Position numbers and translations under genes: made by a program. A stretch of DNA of 31,767 nt from positions 1 through 31,767 of IMG/VR virus record IMGVR_UViG_3300017721_000809. One strand, 5' to 3'. Source of the stretch: a virus (Duplodnaviria; Caudoviricetes). The notes under the pieces are model-generated. The model did not search any database. It was not told the DNA's origin and saw nothing but the letters and a program-made list of their open reading frames with translations. Shown here one piece after another: positions 26,318 to 31,767 of the stretch (positions are counted from its first letter, which is position 1; the number at the start of each line of letters is the position of its first letter).

Positions 26318-28881
26318 TGGCATTAAATCCTTTCTTCACTCAGGGCACTTCTTCTGAGCAAAATTTAGTCCAGAGTCTAATCAATGAACAATTGAGGATG
26401 TATGGTGTTGACATCTATTACATTCCAAGAAAGTATTTAACAGAAAATACGGTCATAAGAGAAGTAATACAATCTAAGTTTGATAGTGCATTACCAATTG
26501 AAGCATACGTTGATAACTACGATGCTTATTCTGGTGCTGGAGATGTTCTATCGAAATTTGGTATTGAGTCTAAAGATGAAGTTAGATTGATTATATCAAG
26601 AGAAAGATATGAAAATTATATTACACCACTAATCCAAGGACAGGCAAATATAAAACTTTCCACTCGTCCAAAAGGTGGAGATTTAATTTGGTTCCCTTTA
26701 GATGATCGTCTTTATGAAATTAAAGATATTGAATATGCAAAACCATATTATCAATTACAAGGTCTCTATGTTTATGAATTGTATTGCGAACTATTCCGTT
26801 ATCAAAATGAAGTTATTGATACTGGAATCGAAGACATTGATAATGAGTTACTAGGTGATGAATCTGATGGAGTTACTGATGATGGAATTAGCACTGTTCA
26901 AGGAATTACTCAAACTCTTACTATGGTTGGAAATGCAGTTAGTGCGTCTGCAATTTCTGGAATTGTAGTAGGTGGAGTAAGAAAGTTCACCATCACTAAT
27001 AGAGGTGGTGGATATGGTATGATTCCAGCAGTAGAAGTATCTTCTGCACCAGTAGGAGGAGTAACAGCAGTTGGTATTGCATCAATGATTGGTGGAATAA
27101 ATGTTTGCAATCTTAATGCAAACCCAAGACTCCAATCAGTTCAAAGAGTTGATGTTACAAACGCTGGATCAGGATATACAACTCCACCATCAGTGACTTT
27201 TAGTACTACCGATAATACTGGTTCTGGTGCTGCTGCAACTGCATCTCTTACTGAAATTGGAGGTGTTGGTATAGTAACTTTATCAAATTCTGGTGGGGGA
27301 TTTGTTGAACCACCAGTAGTAACATTCTCAAGACCAAAGCACGTTGGAGCAGCTGCAACAGCAACTTTAGATTCTCCAGTAGTTGGTGGTGGTGTAAGTG
27401 TAACTGCTACAACCATTAGTATTGGTACATCTGAGTATCTATTCCCTGGTGGAACAACCGGTGGTGTATTCTATAAAGAAGCACCTACAGTTATATTTGA
27501 CTTACCAACAGGAACTGGAAATAGTGCAGAAGCATCTGCAACTCTTGATAACATTAATCAGACGGGAGGAACAATAGAAACTCTTGGATTGACAACTGGA
27601 GGTAAATTTTATACTAGCGTTCCAACAGTAACAATACCACATCCAGGATTTAGTTTTGTATCAGCAACTATAGGAATTGCTGGATCATCTATTAACCCAG
27701 GTTCTATTGCATTTAGCACCACTGGTAGAGCATACACAACTGCACCAACTGTTGCAATCTCCACATCTGGGGTAATGGATACTCCAACTCAAGTTGCTGT
27801 TGGTATTGCAACAATTCATCCAATAACTGGTATTATTACAGCAATATCCTTCAATACTTCAGATTCTTGGGCAACAGGAACAGGAGCAACAATTGGTGCT
27901 GGATATACAGTAGCACCTACAATTTCTTTCTCTGGAAACCCATCACCAGTACAAGCAACTGCTAGTGTTACAGTGTCCATTGCAGGCACTGTAAGCACTA
28001 TTAGTATCGGCAATAGTGGATTTGGTTATAATTCCGTTCCAACTGTTTCTATTGGCGCTCCTGGAGGAGCAAATGAGGCATTTAGAGCACTTGGTATTGC
28101 AACAATTAGATTTAATTCGGTTCAAACTCAAGGAACTATTGGTATAGGATCTACAACTATTACTGGTATTACTACAACAAATATTCTTGTTGGAGATAGA
28201 GTAAGACTTGGTGTTGGATATAGTGATCTATATAACTTTATACCAACAGATACATTTGTCACATCTATTGGATCAAGCACTGTTTCTATAAATCAATCTC
28301 CAACAAATGTAGGAATTGCCACGTCAGTATTTGAATTTGGCATTGATAAGTGTGGAATTGTTACTGGTATTGCAGTTACCTATGGTGGTGGTGGATACTT
28401 ATCACCTCCTATAGTTTCTATATCAAATACTGTAGGAGATAAAAATTACATTGACCAGGTTGTTGGAGTTGTAACTGCTACTGGACTCTCTGTTATTAGT
28501 GCAGCAGGAACAATTACTAGTATTAACGTTACTGACGCAGGAAACAAATATATACTTACACCAGATATTACTATTTCTGAACCGTCCTCAACTTCCAGTG
28601 GAGATTTTGTATTTAACGAAACTGTTACTGGATCTAAAACTGGAGTAACTGCAAGGGTAAGATCTTGGAACTCTACAACCAATTTACTTGAAATTGCTGT
28701 AGTTTCTGGTTCATTCTCTCCAGGTGAAACTCTTACAGGATCAACTTCTGGTGCAACGAGAGTTCTAAGAGTTATTGATAAAACAATTGATAATGACCCC
28801 TTTGCTGATAATTTCAATATAGAAAATGAAGCAAATTCTATTCTTGACTTCACCGAACAGAATCCCTTTGGAATGCCCTAA
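26317..28881 (+). CDS. gp14: Neck protein gp14 (head closure) with a large repeat insertion
   Basis: 854 aa. N-terminal LNPFF...EQNLVQSLINEQLRMYGVDIYYIPR...LSKFG...RPKGGDLIWFPL...YELYCELF and C-terminal ILDFTEQNPFG match gp14. TAATG stop/start overlap with gp13. Confidence 0.92.
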   Translation: MALNPFFTQGTSSEQNLVQSLINEQLRMYGVDIYYIPRKYLTENTVIREVIQSKFDSALPIEAYVDNYDAYSGAGDVLSKFGIESKDEVRLIISRERYENYITPLIQGQANIKLSTRPKGGDLIWFPLDDRLYEIKDIEYAKPYYQLQGLYVYELYCELFRYQNEVIDTGIEDIDNELLGDESDGVTDDGISTVQGITQTLTMVGNAVSASAISGIVVGGVRKFTITNRGGGYGMIPAVEVSSAPVGGVTAVGIASMIGGINVCNLNANPRLQSVQRVDVTNAGSGYTTPPSVTFSTTDNTGSGAAATASLTEIGGVGIVTLSNSGGGFVEPPVVTFSRPKHVGAAATATLDSPVVGGGVSVTATTISIGTSEYLFPGGTTGGVFYKEAPTVIFDLPTGTGNSAEASATLDNINQTGGTIETLGLTTGGKFYTSVPTVTIPHPGFSFVSATIGIAGSSINPGSIAFSTTGRAYTTAPTVAISTSGVMDTPTQVAVGIATIHPITGIITAISFNTSDSWATGTGATIGAGYTVAPTISFSGNPSPVQATASVTVSIAGTVSTISIGNSGFGYNSVPTVSIGAPGGANEAFRALGIATIRFNSVQTQGTIGIGSTTITGITTTNILVGDRVRLGVGYSDLYNFIPTDTFVTSIGSSTVSINQSPTNVGIATSVFEFGIDKCGIVTGIAVTYGGGGYLSPPIVSISNTVGDKNYIDQVVGVVTATGLSVISAAGTITSINVTDAGNKYILTPDITISEPSSTSSGDFVFNETVTGSKTGVTARVRSWNSTTNLLEIAVVSGSFSPGETLTGSTSGATRVLRVIDKTIDNDPFADNFNIENEANSILDFTEQNPFGMP
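26917..28600 (+). repeat. About 10 degenerate protein-level repeats (AtAtA...V..itn.GxG[YF]t..PxVxi) within gp14
   Basis: Cores RGGGY 27001, AGSGY 27163, SGGGF 27289, GGVFY 27460, GGKFY 27598, TGRAY 27721, IGAGY 27892, SGFGY 28015, GGGGY 28384 and AGNKY 28537, each followed by a Px[VI] motif. Confidence 0.8.
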
Positions 28882-28884
28882 ATA
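28877..28884 (+). promoter_or_regulatory. Late promoter variant CCTAAATA overlapping the gp14 stop
   Basis: TAAATA core 36 nt upstream of the gp15 ATG, at the start of a 39-nt intergenic gap. Confidence 0.6.
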
Positions 28885-28920
28885 GTTTTATTGGTAGTAT
28901 TAATGTGTTAAGGTTTAATC

Positions 28921-29940
28921 ATGTTTGAATATTTCTACAACGAAATACTAAGACGAACCATTATTGGTTTCGGAACCCTATTCAATTCGATAGAGGTTCA
29001 GCAGGAAAATTCCGTTCTTAGAATTCCTTTGGCTTACGGACCAACACAAAAGTTTTTAGCTAGAATTGAGCAGTCACCCGACCTTAACAAACCAACGGCA
29101 ATTACTTTGCCAAGAATGTCGTTTGAGTTTACTGGATTAACTTATGACCCCAGTAGAAAAGTTACTACAACTCAAACTTTCATAGCGAAAGATAAAGACG
29201 ATGGAACTGAAAGCAAAAAGTCATTTATGCCAGTTCCTTATAATATGCAATTTGAATTGAGTATTTTCACAAAGTTAAACGATGATGCTCTTCAAATTGT
29301 AGAACAAATTTTACCATATTTTCAACCATCTTATAATTTGACTATAGAATTGGTAGATCAGATTAAAGAAAAGAGAGATGTTCCGATTGTATTGGAAAGT
29401 GTTACCATGCAAGACGACTATGAAGGTGACTTTAGTACTAGAAGAGTATTGTACTACACCTTAAGATTTACAGCAAAAACATATCTCTTTGGTCCTACAT
29501 CTACTGCATCCAAAGATATTATCAAAAGATCAACTGTCAGTTTTGTTACTGGAACAGATACAACGAATGGTACAAGAGAACTTACATATTCTGCAACTGC
29601 TAGAGCACTTAAATCTTACACTGATAATGTTGTTACTACATTAGCACAAGACATTACGGCAACAACAAAAACATTTGAAGTTACTGATGCTACTGGAATT
29701 AAAACCGACAAATACATCTTTATTGGGGATGAAGAATTATTCGTAAGGTCTAAGACTGATAATAAAATTACCGTTGATAGAGGTAGAGATAATACAAAAG
29801 CAGAAAAACATGTTTCTGGAGCATCAGTTAAAGGTATAGATTACACAACTACAACTTTACCTAGTATTGGAACTATTGGTGTAGATAGTGCTCTAATTGA
29901 AGACGGTGATAATTTTGGATTTGATGGTGGATTTATATGA
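28921..29940 (+). CDS. gp15: Tail sheath stabiliser / tail terminator gp15 with an extra C-terminal domain
   Basis: 339 aa. YFYNEILRRTIIGFGTLFN, IPLAYGPTQKFLAR, LPRMSFE, DDALQIVEQILPYFQP and DDYEGDF are T4 gp15 motifs. Confidence 0.95.
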   Translation: MFEYFYNEILRRTIIGFGTLFNSIEVQQENSVLRIPLAYGPTQKFLARIEQSPDLNKPTAITLPRMSFEFTGLTYDPSRKVTTTQTFIAKDKDDGTESKKSFMPVPYNMQFELSIFTKLNDDALQIVEQILPYFQPSYNLTIELVDQIKEKRDVPIVLESVTMQDDYEGDFSTRRVLYYTLRFTAKTYLFGPTSTASKDIIKRSTVSFVTGTDTTNGTRELTYSATARALKSYTDNVVTTLAQDITATTKTFEVTDATGIKTDKYIFIGDEELFVRSKTDNKITVDRGRDNTKAEKHVSGASVKGIDYTTTTLPSIGTIGVDSALIEDGDNFGFDGGFI

Positions 29941-30368
29941 AATCCTCTAGCAAATTTGAAGATCTAAATGACACTTTTAATGTTTCTAATGACATTATTG
30001 ATGCTGAAATTGTAAAGAAAGAAGTTAAAGAAGTTGCTAAATCTAGACCTGATGATGTTACAAAAGATTATGAGTATACTAGAGGAAATCTTTATAGTAT
30101 AATTGAAAAAGGTCAAGAGGCAATTAATGGAATTCTTGAATTAGCACAAGAAAGCGAGATGCCTAGAGCATATGAAGTTGCTGGACAGTTAATTAAAAAT
30201 GTTGCAGATGCAACCGATAAATTAATGGATCTTCAAAAAAAATTAAAAGATGTTGAAGAGGAGACTAAATCAAAAGGACCTTCTACTGTAAATAATGCAC
30301 TGTTTGTTGGGTCTACTGCAGATTTGGCAAAAATGCTAAAGAATGGTTTAAAAGAAGACAATAAATAA
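29937..30368 (+). CDS. gp16: Terminase small subunit gp16
   Basis: 143 aa. DYEYTRGNL...LELAQESEMPRAYEVAGQLIK and NNALFVGSTADL match T4 gp16. ATGA overlap with gp15. Confidence 0.95.
   Translation: MKSSSKFEDLNDTFNVSNDIIDAEIVKKEVKEVAKSRPDDVTKDYEYTRGNLYSIIEKGQEAINGILELAQESEMPRAYEVAGQLIKNVADATDKLMDLQKKLKDVEEETKSKGPSTVNNALFVGSTADLAKMLKNGLKEDNK
30360..30367 (+). promoter_or_regulatory. Late promoter core AATAAATA overlapping the end of gp16
   Basis: 26 nt before the GTG at 30394; a degenerate second copy (ATAAATG) follows at 30368-30374. Confidence 0.7.
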
Positions 30369-30393
30369 TAAATGTAGTGGAGATATATAAAAA

Positions 30394-31767
30394 GTGGCAT
30401 TAAAGAAGCCTTCAGATTTTTTTAAAGATACAAACAAAACTCCTCTAGATCAGATAAAAGAAGAGTATGATTCTGCACGCCCAGAAAAAATTGAAAAGGT
30501 TTCAGAAGCATTTGATACTTTTAAAGATAATTTAAATCATATTAAATCACTATCTGATTTTACAAATACATTTGATAGTTTTAAAGAGAACTTAGAAAAA
30601 GTTGAAACTGTTTCTCAAGAGATCTCTACAATAAAAGAAGATTTAAAAGAATTAATTAAAAAAGAAGATCTTGATAGTGCCATGATGGCACAACTTCTTT
30701 TCGTACAAGAATCTATATCTAAAATTGAATCTAAAATATCTTCTATTAATGGAGAAACTGTAGATAAAATTAAAGAAGATTTTTCAAATCTTTCAAACTC
30801 AGTAGAATCTTTTATTGATATTGATGTACCAAAATATAAAAAGTTAGTATCAGAATCTGAAGTTAGAGTAGACGATAGATTCTTAAAATTTAAAGAAGAG
30901 ATTAAAGAAAATTTTGATTCAATTAAGTCTGATACTAGTAAGGAAGTCGCTAGTGCTTTAGAGACTGTTGAAAGTCTCAATGAAAATATTATCTCTGATA
31001 TTAAAAGTGACTTTACAAAAACAACTAAAGATGTTAAAAGCACTGTATCAAACTTAGTAGAAAAAGAACTTCCAAAATATAAAAAGTTTTTTGCTGAAAC
31101 TGAATTAAGAACTGAAGAAAAAATTAAAACTTCAATTGATTCTTATCAGGAAACAATTGATAACTTGAATGCAACAGTAAAGGAATTTACTGAAAATGAA
31201 ATACCTAAGTATAACAATCTTCTCATTGAGAATAAAATCAAATCAGAGAAGGAAGTAAAAGAATTAGAAGAACAAGTTCTTTCTAAAGTTAATACACTTA
31301 CTGAAAAAATTGAATCTATTTCTGGTGGCATTTACGAAAAAACTGAGGAAAAAATTGGAGAACTTCAGTCTGTTATAGAGGAATATAAAGGAGAGATTAA
31401 TTCAATATCAAAAACTTATGATAATCTATATAAAGATTTTAGAAAAAGAGAAATTAGTGAAAATGAAAAATTAGAACATTATTCTAGCGAGATTGAAAGA
31501 TATCATAAAAGGTTTGATTTCCTAGAAGAAGCTGTAACTGAAGATCTTAGAGAAATTCAGGGCAATTTAGTTGTATCAAACGAAAATTATCACGCAAGTC
31601 TTAAAACTGAAGTACGTAAGTTTAGAGACAAAATTTCCGACCAGATGAAAGGTCTTGAGGTAGATCTTGTTGTCAATGAAAAGCATGTTAATAAACAGAA
31701 TGAAACTATTGAGAATATTCGAGAAGAAATAAAGGACGTTTTTGATAAACTTCAGTTAGATGAATTA
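30394..31767 (+). CDS. Long coiled-coil hypothetical protein, 3'-truncated (at least 458 aa)
   Basis: Not in the ORF track because no stop occurs in the window. GTG at 30394 follows GGAG (30379-30382). The frame reads MALKKPSDFFKDTNKTPLDQIKEEY...VFDKLQLDEL to the window end and is E/K/L/I-rich and Gly/Pro-poor. Confidence 0.88.
   Translation, partial: MALKKPSDFFKDTNKTPLDQIKEEYDSARPEKIEKVSEAFDTFKDNLNHIKSLSDFTNTFDSFKENLEKVETVSQEISTIKEDLKELIKKEDLDSAMMAQLLFVQESISKIESKISSINGETVDKIKEDFSNLSNSVESFIDIDVPKYKKLVSESEVRVDDRFLKFKEEIKENFDSIKSDTSKEVASALETVESLNENIISDIKSDFTKTTKDVKSTVSNLVEKELPKYKKFFAETELRTEEKIKTSIDSYQETIDNLNATVKEFTENEIPKYNNLLIENKIKSEKEVKELEEQVLSKVNTLTEKIESISGGIYEKTEEKIGELQSVIEEYKGEINSISKTYDNLYKDFRKREISENEKLEHYSSEIERYHKRFDFLEEAVTEDLREIQGNLVVSNENYHASLKTEVRKFRDKISDQMKGLEVDLVVNEKHVNKQNETIENIREEIKDVFDKLQLDEL

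Noticed and set aside
740-31331. Numerous minus-strand ORFs of 60-190 aa in the track (e.g. 1182-1643, 7700-8269, 9533-10009, 15840-16352, 21963-22406, 30615-31043)
   Set aside because: All lie antisense to well-supported + strand genes, read as mirror translations of the sense codon bias, and show no recognisable motifs.
1-31767. CRISPR array, diversity-generating retroelement or invertible cassette
   Set aside because: I saw no regularly spaced DNA repeats, no near-identical template/variable repeat pair differing at adenines, and no reverse transcriptase or recombinase. The repeats are degenerate and at protein level. A computed dot-plot would be needed to exclude subtle cases.
30394-31767. 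SMC/SbcC/gp46-type ATPase call for the last ORF
   Set aside because: There is no N-terminal Walker A motif; any similarity would be generic coiled-coil composition.
1-31767. Alternative genetic code or stop-codon readthrough
   Set aside because: Genes are full length under the standard code, and TAA, TGA (gp7, gp15) and TAG (24904, 25073) all act as stops at sensible positions.

Overview
This window is an AT-rich, gene-dense segment of a T4-like myovirus genome, with every credible gene on the + strand. It is most likely a cyanomyovirus (Kyanoviridae-like), inferred from gene order and protein families; the host cannot be read from the sequence. It is the late virion-structure module. Gene order: a 5'-truncated conserved hypothetical, a 50-aa ORF, baseplate gp25, gp6, a giant 4078-aa gp7-like wedge protein, gp8, a 2553-aa VrlC/DUF4815-like structural protein, three small ORFs, neck gp13, an expanded 854-aa gp14, tail terminator gp15, small terminase gp16, and a 3'-truncated long coiled-coil ORF (GTG at 30394) missing from the ORF track. 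T4-type late promoter cores (nATAAATA) precede gp25, gp8, gp13, gp15 and the last ORF. Best leads: (1) a 60-aa ORF (24891-25073) resembling the phycobilisome-degradation adaptor NblA inside the structural operon; (2) a Fur-box-like palindrome just upstream of the gp25 late promoter; (3) a kit of small modules shared among gp7, gp8, VrlC, gp14 and gp15; (4) a YHYH-like domain and three tandem fibre-type domains inside gp7. I recognised no tRNA, rRNA, CRISPR array, intron, intein or mobile element. All family calls come from motif recognition by eye, with no database search.
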